Below are positions 22,501 through 35,460 of a stretch of DNA of 64,000 nt, one piece after another. Under the pieces are notes generated by a model. That model searched no databases, was not told the origin of the DNA, and was given only the letters and a program-made list of their open reading frames with translations. Source of the stretch: Camelus dromedarius (lineage: Eukaryota); the NCBI RefSeq assembly GCF_036321535.1, contig NC_087438.1:1366001-1430000 (forward strand). The letters run 5' to 3'. The position numbers and the translations under genes are program-made. Numbering within the stretch: position 1 is the first letter of the stretch; each line of letters opens with the position of its first letter.

Positions 22501-24999
22501 CCCCAACTTACATCAAGACCTCTTGCTTGGTCATCTGAATACAGGACTCATTTAAATTCCCGAAGCCACGTCCTGAGCCTGCAGACTTTCCAGAGGTGCT
22601 TGGAAGAAACTTATGCACTCTTGACATTTCCAGGGAAACTCTGGACCACGGTCTCTGCAAAGTGGTTTACCTGTCTGGCCCTCGGTTTTCAGTTATTACT
22701 GCGGGAGGGAGCAGGCGAGGGAAGACCCACTGTCACCGTCCACCCTCACCCCAAGCGCGGCTCACCCGTGAACCACAGCTAAGTGACCGGCCACACCACG
22801 AGGACGGCTTTGGAGGGAAAAGCAGCAGCAGCTGGAGTTCCCGGTCACCGTGCCTGGACCCACGTGGTGGTGCAGGGTTCAGACAAGGACGTGGACGCAC
22901 ACAGGCTTCTCTAAATTAAAGGAAATGTGTTTCACATTGAAAATAAACTCTAGAAAGCGTATGGCGCCCGCGAGGTGTCCTCAGATAACTGCCGAAGTCC
23001 GGCAGTGGCGTGCTCTTCTGGGCTTTCTGCATGTCTTACGTCCATCACCTTGGGGACCCGAGCTGTGCATCGGGGGCCGGAAGCGGCAGCAGAGTCCCCG
23101 GGAGCCGCCGGCTGGCCCTGCCACGGTTCCGACCCTTGTTCCGCAAGTCCATCGGACCGGGCGTGAAGCGAGGTCTCTCCGAGGTCAGTGAGGTTTGAAA
23201 GAGAGATGCAGGCGTGTCCCAGAGCAGCAGTGGTCCTCAGCCTCCTGGATGTACGGAGGGGCAGCCGGCCCAGGGTCGGCCCGTGAGGAGGTCCAGCCTC
23301 CCTCGTCCGCCCTCCCACCTGTGTCTGTGAGGGGCGTGGACACGGGGCCGGTGAAGTCAGTGAGAACGGGCACTGAACAGGCCACTTACCCTGAGCGCAG
23401 AGCCGCCAGGGCCACCTGCCCACCTCACGGATGGGGAAACTGAGGCAGGGATCATGGTCAGACTGCAGAATCCCACGCTTATTGGAGAGCCTTCAGCCCC
23501 CTTCCTGCCTCTACACCGCCTGAGGATGCGGCCCTGTGGACACACCTGCTCCGGGAACAGTGCCCGCGCTCTCCCGGGACAAAGCACGGAAGCCACAGAA
23601 CGTGCAGGGCTCTGTGTTTGGGCTCATTTGTGTGCTTGTGTTGAAGTCCGAGCCTTACCTTGATAGGCTGCAAGTGAACTGAAGGCGAGGGCGGTTTTAT
23701 CCAGCACCTTCCACAAGGAGGAGGCTTGTTAAACACACAAAGAGAGGCCGCTTTAGAGGCACCTGCACACAAAGCCCACGACTAAGGAGCTGGGCTTTGA
23801 AGAGCATGACACTCACTCAGGTGCCAAGTGACCTTCCGTCTTCTGTGCTGCAGAAGGGCTGTCTGCAGGGGGCCCATGGGGGCCGCCTCTCCACAGACTG
23901 CCGGGTTGTCACTGTCACACCGCACAGCGCTCACCTGGCTTGGCCACTCCTGAGGACGCCATTCTAATGAGCCTCCCTGTGTGATTTGGCAAGGATTTAT
24001 TCTTTGAGAAGCTTAGGGTTCGTTACAGACATTATCCTGCAAATTCTCCAAGCGCCCAAAGAAGTGTTTTAATGTATTTATTCCTTTCTTCCAAGTCCTG
24101 GCCCCAGAGAAGGGCTTTGCTGAGAAGAGAGGTTATCTTTGCAGACTGCTACACAGTTATGTTCCCAGTTAATTCAATCCAAATAACCAACATGCGTGAT
24201 TGATGCCTGAAACATGATTTTTCTCGGTATGACTTTTCATCCTGAACTTTTAAGAATTGCTCACACTCTCCATTGCGTTGTCGAATGTGTAGACCACACA
24301 CCAGTCACTCCGGATCTAATGCCACTGCTTTGTTTCTTGTAAGCAGTTTGAATATTGCTGTCCTTTATGTGGAGTTAATTCAGTAGCATTTTGGAAACAT
24401 GCTTCCTGTCTGTCTTCCCTTGGCCTCTTCCTCCTGCTTCCTCGTCCTCCTTTCCTCTAGCGCCATCTTTTCTAGCACTGCGCTCCCCGCCCCGATGTTC
24501 TGTCCTTCAAGCTGGTCCTGATTGTCATCACTGAGGGCAAGAACCATCCTCAGTGGGAACCAAGATCAACAGAAAAGGAGGTGGTTGCGACTCCAAACCC
24601 ACTTCCACAATCCGTGTGACCTCAGAGCTGCCGTTAACAGATAAGAGCACTCTGTGTGTCGGGAGCAATTCTAAGCTCCCTACGTGGACTGACGCACTGA
24701 ACCCCACACTGCCTGCCGAGGCGGGCATGATCACTAGCCCCGCTTTCTGGAGGAAGCCAGGACAGAGCGACCAGCTCCCCCACGGAGAGCGCCCAGAAGC
24801 GGAAGACCAGGAGTTACAACCAAAGTGAGCCAAGGCTTCTCTGAGGACTTTTGCCAGCTCTGGGAACCGGAAGGCGTGAGTTTCGTTGTTTCTGTTGTCC
24901 TGGGTGACCACGGTCTGCTTTGAGCAACGGAGGGGAGTTAGGTAAGACTCCAGGTCGAGCTGAGACGGTTGAAGAACACATGTCTGTGGAAGGCAGGGG

Positions 25000-25402
25000 C
25001 ATCAGAGATCACGCTTGGCTGTGTGTAACGAGGACCGAGCTACCGCCGCTTAAACAGGTGAAGGCTTGCTTGTCTCTTGTAACACTCATCTAGAGGTCAT
25101 CAGCCCAGGGCTGTGAGGGGTCTAGAATGTTCCACGAGCACCTGAACATCATCTCTCTCCACATTCTTGCAAGATGGCCTGATGATAAGTCTGTCCTTTT
25201 TGGTCAAGGACAGGGCAGTGTCCGAGAATGTCCGTTAGGTAGAAGCCTGCTCATGTCTCGTTGGCCATCAACCATCCTCCCTGCAAAGGAGCCTGCGAAT
25301 GCCGTCCTTTAGTTAGATGTAGAAATATGCCTAGAATAAAATTCTTTAAGTTGAAAATAAGAGAAAATAAATATTAGATAGGCAAATAGTGGTGTCTGCC
25401 TG
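25000..25402 (-). mobile_element. Old MaLR LTR (MLT1J/K-like)
   Basis: 'ttggctgtgtgtaac...gcttaaaca', 'cagcccagggctg', 'caagatggc', 'ttggcca...ctgcaaaggagcctgcgaatg', terminal 'atattagataggcaaatag..gtctgcc'. Confidence 0.65.
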
Positions 25403-25699
25403 AGGGAGGGGAGGGTGAGAAAAAAATAAAATCTGCTTGTTTTCAAATGGAGTCATAGCTCTAGGAGGGGAAACAGTGTACATTAGAACATGTATTCACA
25501 TTTTGCCCTCGTATAGGCAAATTGGATTATCTGTAATGTGTAAAAACTTCAAGCCAGTAAACTAAGTTAAAGAGATACTAGGCTGGTATTGACTCAAGAC
25601 AAATTATAGAAGTACATGAAAAACTCTAGAAGAAATACCACCACCCAAACCCTCCAGAATTCCCTGCATTGAGATGTCCCAGCGTCAGGTGACAACTTA

Positions 25700-28200
25700 G
25701 AAGTGCAGGAAACCCACAGAACAAAATCAGCATGAACACAAAGGGGCGGGAAATGCTAAAAGACTTCAGATGTTTGAATATTCATAGACGTATAATATAA
25801 ACAGGCATGTTTAAAAATCTTTAAAGAAAGAATTATTTGAAAAGAAGAACAGAGACAATAGAAAATGTCATATTTGTAACAGTACGAAAAAGAACTAGTA
25901 GAACTAAAAAAATGCTCTCAAGAAAACAAAACAAAACCCTAAATATCAGTGACTGTGCACAGAATTAGAGACACCTGAAAGGTAGCTAGTTAACTGGGAG
26001 AAAGTTCTGAGGAAATTGTCTGGAATGCAGCCAAGACAGAAGGTGATAGAAACCATAAAGGAAAATATTTAATAAAAAAAGAAAATTAAGTAAGCAGATC
26101 TAATAGCTCTAATCAGACCCCCAGGCGGTGCAAAGACAGGAAACAGGAGAAAACAATATTTGAAAAACTAACAGAGTATCTTCCAGGATTGACAAAACAT
26201 CTACCGACAGATTTTGTTTCCCAACAACCCCGAACAGGATAAACAAAGAAAAACTTCTGACCCTAGACTTCTAGTAAAACTGCAGAAGCTTGGAGACAAA
26301 TGTCAGGTTTCTAAAAACAGCCAAGGGCAACAGATGGTTTACCTACGATGCTGTCAACCCAGAGTTGTGGGTTTCTGAAGGAAGACCTCATTCAAGAGTA
26401 AAGCCACTGTGCACTGTGCTGCACACCGGAGGCTGACAACAGCAAAAGACTGAAGCCACTGTGAAATAAGCGGCTCTGAGTGCAACATCAAAGATGCAAA
26501 ATCTGATGCACAGATAAGATGAGATCATCACGAAAAATAAAAACCGTAGGCCAATCTCACTGTTGAACACACAACATACCAAACAAAATCAACAAACTGA
26601 ATCCAGTAAAGAATTAACTTAAAAAGTAATGGTAGTACCTTTTGAACAAGCTGAGCTTATCCCAGAAATGCAAGGGGGTTTAATATTAGGAAATGTATTA
26701 AAGAAATTTGCCATATAAACCAATTAAATGAAAAAAAGAAGCCTGTATCTGTGACAATAGCTGCATAAAAAGCATCTGATACGATTTACCAATTCATGAT
26801 TTCTTCTAAAAAAAATCTTTTCAATTATGAACAGAAGAAAACCCTCTTAACCTGAAGGCATATCTGCTAGAAAGCTTACAACAAATGTCGCGGAGGAGGA
26901 ACAAGCCAAAAACACTTACTAGTAAGCTTTTATTTCTGTATTTCACTTAAAGCCCTCGCCATTGCGATAATGCAGGGAGAGTGTTCACCTGTCACGGAAG
27001 AGGCTGCAATATTCTTTTCTCAGACAATACAACCTTTCTATATAGAAAATCCAGGGAAATCCACAGACTACTAGCTCAATATAGAAATTAGTGTATTTTC
27101 TACATATAAACTCAACATATGAAAATTAATCTTAATAAACCAGAAAAATAAATACATGATTTAAAAAAATACGCCAGTCACAATGATGTATAAAAGATTC
27201 TGCATACAATTTTTTGAAGAAAATGACACAATTTTATTATAGGTAAACTTACTTATTAAAGAAAGTCTAAACAAACAGAAAGATATATATTTATAGATGT
27301 AAAGATCTGTTTTTTCTAAACTGATCTACACATTTAATGCAATGCCAACAAAAAAATCTTACTGGGTTTTTCAATGTGCTTGAAAGGGGTTCAAGGTGCT
27401 TTTTCTGTAGGGGAAAAAAAAAGATAAGATTGTCCTATTATCTACCAAAACGTACTATAAAACCACGTGTTGTGACTTGAATCGTGTTCTTCAAAAAGCT
27501 ATGTTCACGTCTTAACCCCCGGCACCTGTGAAAGAGGGTCTGTGCGGAGACAATTAGCCACGTGAGATCTTATTGGAGTAGGTGGGCTCTAAATCTGGTG
27601 TGACTACTGAGCTCATAAGAGGAGGAGAAGACACGGGGACAGACACGCAGAGAGGGGAGCCCACGGGGACGTGGAGGCAGAGGTTGGAGTGACGCTCCTA
27701 GAAGCCAAGGAACACCCAGGACTGCAGCATCCGCCAGAAGCTGGAAGCGCCAAGGATGGATTCTCCCCTAGAGCCTCAGAGACGGCGTGGCCCTGCAACA
27801 CCATGATGTAGGACTTCTGGTCCCCAGGACTCTGATAATAAATTGCTGTTGTTTTCAGTTGCCCGGCTTGTGGTACTTTGCTATAACAGCCCCAGGAAGC
27901 TAATCCACACAGCAACAAAGACGCCACGATGCTGGTGCAGCAGCAGACAACAGAGCAGGAGAGGAAGACCAGAAGCACCCACAGCTACACGGAAGTTTGC
28001 AGGCAGTGGAGGTGGCGCCCCAACTCAGGAGCAAGGGCAGACTCCCTAAGACCTGGGGCCAGGAAACCGGCAAATATGAAATAGGGGCAGGGGCTCCCTA
28101 AGTGCCTGGTACCCAAACTAAAGAATGAAATATGACATGAAAAATGTCGCAACTTTTTAAGGAAATTATTGTTATGGAATCACAAGAAGGAAATGTTTCT
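25700..28200 (+). mobile_element. Old L1 (L1ME-like) ORF1 and ORF2 relic, interrupted by MLT1
   Basis: A-rich sense strand. ORF1 motifs 'tctgaggaaattgtctggaatgcagc' and 'gtaaaactgcagaa'. ORF2 RT motifs 'aggccaatctcact', 'ttatcccagaaatgcaaggg', 'gcataaaaagcatctga'. The relic resumes after 27907. Confidence 0.8.
27468..27907 (+). mobile_element. MLT1B/C-like MaLR solo LTR
   Basis: TG...CA ends, 'ggaggcagaggttggagtga', 'aagccaaggaacac', 'ccagaagctggaag', 'gattctcccctagagcct', AATAAA, 'tgtggtactttg..acagccccaggaagctaat'. Confidence 0.9.
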
Positions 28201-28584
28201 AAAAAAAGACTTTAGGAGAAAAAGAAGGAGCCGTGAAGACGGAGGATGAAGGATGAAGATGGAGGGGGAGGGGTGGATGGAGACAAGTGTGCCCAACGCT
28301 GCCTCTGCCCGCTCAGCGTGCGCACCAGGCTTCCGGGTCTCCGCTTTGGCTGCCCCTCCTCTCCTTCAGAAACAGCGTCCGGCTGCAGTAGACACCTCCG
28401 CACATCACTGCCCTGGCTGATGCGGAAGGAAACTCATCCTAGTCAATTAAGGCTTCAGTCTCCTCATCGCCATAATGCAGGTGGCAGTGCGACCCTTACC
28501 GGACACTCCGCATCGACGCGCTAGGTTTCTGGGGGGCGAGTGCTGCGCGTCTTCGCTTTGAGCCTCCGCTCGGGTGCGGCTAGC

Positions 28585-29027
28585 GGGGGTGGTCGATTTC
28601 CTGCGTCAGCCGGCCGTGGGGCACCTGGATATCTGACTGAGCTCTCTGGGCGTGTCTGCGAGGGTGCTCCGGGCGGGAGAAGCATTTGAATCAGAGGACT
28701 GAGGAAAGCAGACAGCCCCTCCCAATGGGGTGGGAGCCCTCCAGTCCACTGAAGGCCTGAGCAGACAGCCAGGCCGAGTGAGGGGGACTGGCTCCCTCTC
28801 TGCTTGTCTTTGAGTTGGGACATCAGTCTCCTCCCAACTCTGGACCTGGACTCAGGCTGGAATCTTCGCCATCAGCGCTGCTAGGTCTCGGGCCTTCAGA
28901 CCCAGACTGGGTCTCCGTCTTGCCTCTATAGCTGTGCGAGCCAGTGCTTAATTGTCTGTCTGTCTGTCTGTCTATCATCTTACCATCCTGTTGGTTCTGC
29001 TTGTCTGGAGACCTCTGACTGATAAAC
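28585..29027 (+). mobile_element. MLT2 (ERVL) solo LTR
   Basis: 'agcatttgaatcagaggactgaggaaagcaga', 'ccctcccaatg', 'tccagtccactgaaggcctga', 'tttgagttgggacatcagtct', internal (TCTG)n, 'tcctgttggttctg..tctggag..ctgact'. Confidence 0.9.
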
Positions 29028-29129
29028 CCTGATACGCCGCTCACCTGGAGCTAGAACACAGAACTCAAGCGCAGACTCAACCCCCGTCACTGGGCTGGAC
29101 GATCCTGGGGCAAGGGACCCACCCCCTCT

Positions 29130-29690
29130 GAGTCCACACCGAGTAAACGTGCGCGCACACGCCCCTCTGTGTGTCTGCACCCCGTCCCACCGGGACTGCG
29201 GCAACTGGCATTTAGTTTAGCGACCCATCGATAGACTTTGCATCGTCCTCCCGGCGCTGAATTTTGACGTAAGCAGGGCGAGAAGACTGCACAGTCCCTA
29301 GACGCTGAGCGCCTGCCTGGGGGCCGCTTCCCTGCGAGCGGCCTCTGCCGCCCACCCCGCACGCGCCGAGGTGGGAGTGTGTGTGAACCCCTCAGCTCGC
29401 GACCGGATGGTTTCCACACACGAGGCTAAACGCTTGGCAAGGGCAGGAGCGCTGCCTCTAGCACGGGGCTGTGGCAGCCACTTCTGAGAAGCTAAAAATA
29501 CTCATTTAAGTCTTTAAAATTACTTGAGTTAATTTTCACTTTCAAGACCACCAGCCAGAAACCCAGCCCGGCGCGCGGTGCGTGGCGGTTCGCCCCCCGC
29601 TGCTGGCGCAGCTGCTGACGGGTTTCTCTTCCGTTGTTCTGAGACGACGGCAGGGCGGTCTGGGGGCGGAAGCCAGCGCACACTTCCAGG
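29130..29690. promoter_or_regulatory. CpG-dense region
   Basis: Many CpG and GCGC runs. Confidence 0.45.
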
Positions 29691-31104
29691 GCCAAGTGAG
29701 GAGAGGAGAGAAGCGGGCCCTTTGTTCACGGCTCAACAGGCGAGTCTTCTCGACCTTTAAGCTGCTTGGTCCTTGTGACCCTCAGGCAGGTGATGCCCCC
29801 TTCCCACATCACCTTAGTTCTTAAAAACAAATAAACAAACTCCAAGATAAGCCTGTGGCGAGGCAGAGAGCTTCCTGGTGCTGGCAGGTCCGTGGCCAGC
29901 ACGCACGCAGAGCAGCCCTGCATGGCCGGCAAGGTTGAAGCAGAAATCTCCCAGCTGGGACCTTGGTGGCCGTGCTCTGCAGTGGCCCGAGGAGACCCAG
30001 CAGGCAGACCGCACAGGCCCCTCGCCCACTAGGGCTAAGACGGCAGTGGGACACAGGACATCCCCGTCTCCCTGAGGCCGCGGGTCCCCGGGTTAGCCGT
30101 CTGCCCAGTGAGAGGCAGCTGGCCTTCTGCTCTGACCCACTTGAAGCCACGGCCTTCTCTGCAGGCCCTTCCCCCATGAGGGCTCTCCGTGGAAGCCTCA
30201 GGGCAGGGCCACGGGGTCCCAGTGCATGGCTGTGCCCCCACTGGGCTGGCACTGGTTCCTGTGAACCTGGCTGAGCTGCCCTGAGCCCCGTCACCACCTC
30301 TGCACGTGGCCTGCCCAGTTGTGCCCACTCTTCTGCCTCCAGCGCAGATCCGACCAGCTGTGGGAGTGGGGCAGAACGCTTAGCTTCTTTGAGAGGTGCT
30401 CAACCCGGCCTCCAGAGGCTCAGTGGCCTCTCGCCGCTGTGGCCTCTCTGCTCCGTCCCTGGGCCTGGTTATGCCGCACTGTCTCAGTTCAGACGCCACC
30501 TTGTACTGACAATCTTATCTGGGCTGATGGCTGTTTACCCCAAGCTCAGTTTCTCATTGGCAGGAGGGAGGATAATGATCCACGTGCAAAGCCATCATGA
30601 GAAGGAGACGTGGTCACACTTGAGACCGCAGCGGCCGCGGCCGCCCGGACCCCCTGCCGGGCTCTCCCGGTGTCTGCCTCCGTCTGACGTCTGCTGACCT
30701 CACCCCTCCGACGCTCACACCTGGGCTGCCCAGGAGTGTCCCTAAAGCAGAGCTCTGAGTGTGCAACGTTCCTCCTGTGGAAGCCGTGACCGGCCCCCTT
30801 CCCCAGGGGCGGGAGAGCAGACCCGTGTCCCTCTGAGGGCCCCCCTGGAGGAGACCTGGATGCCTCTCCCGCCCCGGCACACCCCCACCCCCCACCCCTC
30901 CGCAGAGCCGCCCGGCCCCGGGCTGTTGCTGCTTCTCATGGGAAGTTCTCAAGCCTGGGTGGCGCGGGGGCTCCCTCCACGCGGATCGGCCAACACACAG
31001 CCCGTCCTTCAAACCGGGGCCCAGGGGTCTCTGTGGGGAGAGGCCGCCAAGCTGGGTATTTAACCGGTTGCAGCTTCCAAGCTGCACCTCACGCTAGTCC
31101 GTGA

Positions 31105-31225
31105 TCTCCCCACTCTGACGAGATTATAGGCGCTGGAGGTTAATGTCCCCAGCTTGCTCATCTGTAGAGGCCCGCAGTGTCTAGCCCGTAAGAGACTCTC
31201 GGTGAATATCTGCTAAACTTGACTC
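31105..31225 (+). mobile_element. L2 3' end
   Basis: 'cagtgtctagcccgtaagagactctcggtgaatatctgctaa' resembles the L2 terminus. Confidence 0.45.
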
Positions 31226-33344
31226 AAATTGGTCGCTCAACAGAGGCCAACATCTTTCTCCAGTGGTGACAGCAACTAAATGATCATTTAGCCCAATTTA
31301 TTAGTCACTGACGCAGGTCACCGGCTAATCGATGAGGGGTCAGGGCTGCTGTGGGATGCTGGGATGCGAGGAGAGGCTGGAGCGCGCAAGCTCCTGGCCC
31401 CGCTGCGGGACAGACACGGCCGTGTTTATGATGAGGGCTAAGACGATGAATACACTATTTTCAGAGCTCTGGGGACGGACAGCACTGAGGAAACGCACTT
31501 GCTGGAGATCCCTGCTAAATTACAGCCCTCCCTTGGCTGCCCGTCCCCGCTCCATGATTGTATATTCAAAGCAAATGCATTATTTAAACAATAATATACT
31601 CTCTATTAGTTCCCCGCTTGGGTTAATGGTTGGCTAAAGCAATTACGGGGCCCCAGGGAGGGACTTGCAGCAAAGGGACCAAGATGCACCGCCAGTAACA
31701 CGTGTCTCTTCTTTACTGCAGTGATTAAAGATTAGTGCACAGTGTCTGAGGGCCTGCGAGCATGCTGAGGGCTCTGTAATGACCAGCAGTCTCCCTTACG
31801 CTAATTAACATCGGAAAGAGAACAAGAGAGGACTCTGAACTGCACAGGAGACCTAAGATAGTCGCCTTTTTCTTTCAGACTCCTTAAAAGTGCAAGCAAG
31901 CTTTGCTGTGATCAATCAAAAGCCATGATATTAAAAACATCCGAATTAGCTTCCAGGTAGGCAAGAACGTTAGAAATGTTGCAGGGGTAGATAATCCGCT
32001 CCTGTGCGCGCGTGGAAGATTGTGCCAGAATGTGCTTGGGACGTTGCCTCAAACGTCACCCGTGCACAGTACTGAAGCGGGGTTCCATGACAGGGGTGTG
32101 GAGCGGGGTGAAAAAGAAACTTAATTCACTCTGACTGTGGGAGTAGCTTTAATGAGTCACGTTTCTAATGAGGACCCGGCAAAGTAGTCATGCCCGTCCC
32201 TGGACAGAGTCCCCCCTTGTCCGTCCTCAGCCACCTTGACCCGGCAGCCCCCCCACCCCCCAGCCGACTGCATCCGCACCACCTTGCCCTTACTGCTTCC
32301 TCAGCCCGTCCGCCCTTCCCGTAGTTCCCCTCGTACACGCCCCTGTTGTCTTCTTCTTCTTTCTTCTTTTGGTGCCCATCAGCGGCCCTTCCTCGCCCGC
32401 CCAGCCCGTCCCATGTCCTGGAATCCCATCTAAGCTCTACGCAGCCTGACCCGACTCAGCTGACCCAGCGCTCACCCAGTGTCAGCCAAGACCGCGTGTT
32501 ATGCGTTAGTGAGCGGACCCACGGTTTGAGCATAAAGCCGAGCTATCCATGGAAAATCCAACTGGAAGAAAGTGGGAGGGCTTAGAGGAGCAGCGCCCAC
32601 GTGTTCGTACGTCTTTTTTCTTTCTGATGGTCTGCTTGTGGTCCGCTTCATGTGGTTCCATGTCCTTCCTCTCTTCGAGGGACCGCACACCCGTGTCCAC
32701 CCCGCCGCTCCACCTTAGCCTCTCTGCTCCCCCGGAGGAAGTGTCTGCGTCTTCCCTCTGCAGCAGGCAGAGCGATCAGTGGGGGGAAGGGACGAACCGG
32801 AGACCAGGCGGGGAGTGGGCAGGAGGCACCCCTGGGACTTGAGTTATGGGGGCTGATGAGCTCAGAGGTGGTCAGGAGGGCACCTGGGGCCACGGCCGGG
32901 AGGCGGGCTCAGAGCAGGTGCGTCTTCCCTCTGGGACCACAGGCCCCTTAGAGCTCCCAGGGCCGCTCTGCTACTGAAGACGGAGGAAGATGAGCACCAG
33001 GTTTGCCCGTGGTGAGGACTCAACTGCATCCGTGGCGTGGCCCCTCTTCCCCGTCGGTGGTGGGTGACGGGTGCAGCCCTCTACCTTTGTTTTCCCACAG
33101 CCTTGCGTGAGTTACATCACCGAGGGCCAGTCTCACATGCGTCTTTATCTTTCCGTAGTAACCGTGTAATAATTAGCTTAAAGGGAGTATTTAGCAGAAT
33201 TGCTTTTGTTATATGCATTTCAAAACATGGAGAAGCAACTACAAACTACCTGTAAACTTTGCAGTAAAAGATGAAATGTCCAACCATTGAAATTAGTCAA
33301 AAAGGGTTGAAAATAATTTGTTTAATTAATATTTATGCCAACCA

Positions 33345-33721
33345 ATGTATAAATATATGTGTGTATGTCTGTGTATGTATGTGTTTATGTCTACATGTGT
33401 GTATGTGTATGTGTGTATGTGTATGTGTGTGTATGTGTGTATATGTACGTGTGTGTATGTGTACGGGTGTGTGTATGTGTACGTGCGTACGTGTGTATGT
33501 GTGTTTATGTGCGTGTATATGTACTTGTGTATATGTGTACGGGTGTATGTGTGTATGTGTATGTATGTGTGTACGTGTGTGTATGTTTATGTGTACGTGT
33601 GTGTGTATGTGTACGTGTGTGTATGTGTATGTGTTTGTACGTGTATGTGTGTATGTATTGTGTGTATGTGTATGTATGTGTGTTTATGTGTATGTGTGTA
33701 CGTGTGTGTGGTGTGCGTGTG
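33345..33721. repeat. Degenerate (TG/TA/CG) alternating purine-pyrimidine repeat, about 375 bp
   Basis: tgtatgtgtgtacg pattern throughout. Confidence 0.95.
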
Positions 33722-34067
33722 CCTTCAGCCCTCTGTAATTGTCGGTTCCACATCTTTAGATTCAGCCAACTGCCAATCGCACGTATTTGGAAAAAAAGTT
33801 CCAGAACTTCCAAAAGGCCATCCTTGCACTTGCTACACCCAGCAGCTATTCACATAGCCTTTCCATTGTATTTACAGCAATCTACACGGTGCCTACACTG
33901 GTCTGGGTGTTGTAAGTGATTAGGGATGATTCATAACATGAGAGGATGTGTGCATGTATGTGCAAACACTGTACCGTTTCCGTGTCATATCAGGGACTTG
34001 AGCACCGTGGATTTTGGCATCTGGGGGTGGTCCTGGAGCCGACCCCCACGACTACCAGGGGACACCG
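33722..34067. mobile_element. MER2/Tigger3-family TcMar-Tigger MITE
   Basis: Degenerate TIRs 'cagccctctgta..ggttccacatc' and 'tcctggagccgacccccacg..taccaggggac'. Internal 'agggacttgagcaccgtggattttgg' and 'aggatgtgtgc..tatgtgcaaacact'. Confidence 0.85.
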
Positions 34068-34415
34068 TGCTGGCCTGCCTGGGACACTCGCAGCAGAGCA
34101 GACCCAAAGGGGGACCGACCTGTACCGTTTATAGGGTTTTCTCTATTCTCTGGGCCCTTTAAAGATAGCAACACAATATTCCAGCTTTTTTAAAAAAGAT
34201 TAAGCCAAATGCCTGTGAAGAGTAGACAGATTTCACGAACACGGTGCACCTGTGTCTACAGAATTTGAGAATCAAATGTGACTAAAAATACGCTCACTCC
34301 AGGGACCCTGGATTAGGATGTTATCCCAGGAAGAGTCAGGAAGTGGCTTCACTGGTGGTCCCCAGAAACACATGATGAGGAGAAAAACATAAAACACACC
34401 AGAGAATCCTTGTAG

Positions 34416-34576
34416 CCGTGGTTCTGAACTCTGGAGCCCACTAGGAATGGCAAAAATGCCAGTGTGGGACCTCACTCCAGGCCAATTAGGTCAGAGTCTG
34501 TGTGGCGGGACAAGGCGTCGGTGTATTTATAAGCTCCCTGAGCATTCTGTTATGCAGCAGGGGGCAAGAGCCAGCG
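34416..34576. mobile_element. MER5A-like hAT-Charlie MITE
   Basis: 'ccgtggttctgaact...ccaattaggtcagagtct...aagctccctg..attctgttatgcagc...gagccagcg'. Confidence 0.65.
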
Positions 34577-35289
34577 TTTCATATCCATGTAGAAGGGGTA
34601 TCAGGCCAACCCAGACAGTCTCGGCCGTCCACCCCTGCCCTGAGAGCCATGGCTTTTGTCCCCAGGTACACACGACGGTAAAACACACACAGGTGATAGC
34701 TTGAAAGAGGAAAATGATTTCAAGTGGAAACTGTATCATTTAAAAAGTGAGGAGCATTCACATGCAGAGAAATCACGCACCTGCCCCCTGACGCAGGGGT
34801 ATTTCACAGTCTTCTGTACACTTGTGAACGGAGAAGACACGCAGCAGAGTGACGGCTTATCTTATGCTGTGCTTAAGTGACGCGTTTTGCAGGTGAAGAC
34901 ATTACACTTACTGCTTTTGGAAAATTAATCCAAGAGCAAAAAATGCTTCAAAAATAGTATAAATTAAACACAATAGTTTGTTTCTCTAACATTTTAATAT
35001 CAAATAGCATATTTCAGGTCATTGAAAATAAAGCATTAATTTACATATATTATTCAAAACAAAATAGCTATGTAGATTTATGAAATAAGCTATATTTTTG
35101 CCAAGATCGAGATGTTAATGTATGTCTAGCACCGCCCAACGACCTAGTGAAGGAGACCCTGCTGCTCGTCCGGGACGGAGGGCGCCGCAGGGTCCAGCCA
35201 GACAAACCCTCCCGGCAGGTCTAGACGACATGGTCCCGTTAGACAAGGCAGAGAGCCCCGGCAGCTGGCTTTGGGCTGCCTCTCCAAAC

Positions 35290-35460
35290 CTCTGCAGCTC
35301 AAAACTGGTCCAGGACCACGAGCACCAGCTTCACTGGGAGCTTGTTGGAAATGCGTCCGCGCAGGCTGCTCCCCTCAACCTGCTCCCACTGAGTCAGAAT
35401 CCACCTTTTAACAAGCCCCCAGGGACCCGTCTCCACATCCAGGTTTCTGGGTCTCTGTTT
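35290..35460. mobile_element. MER5A1/MER5B-like hAT-Charlie MITE
   Basis: 'tggtccaggaccac...ctgggagcttgttggaaatgc...ctgagtcagaatc..ttttaacaagcccccagg'. Confidence 0.75.

Noticed and set aside
33271..33919. Cys/Val/Met/Tyr-rich ORFs
   Set aside because: Translation of the TG/TA microsatellite
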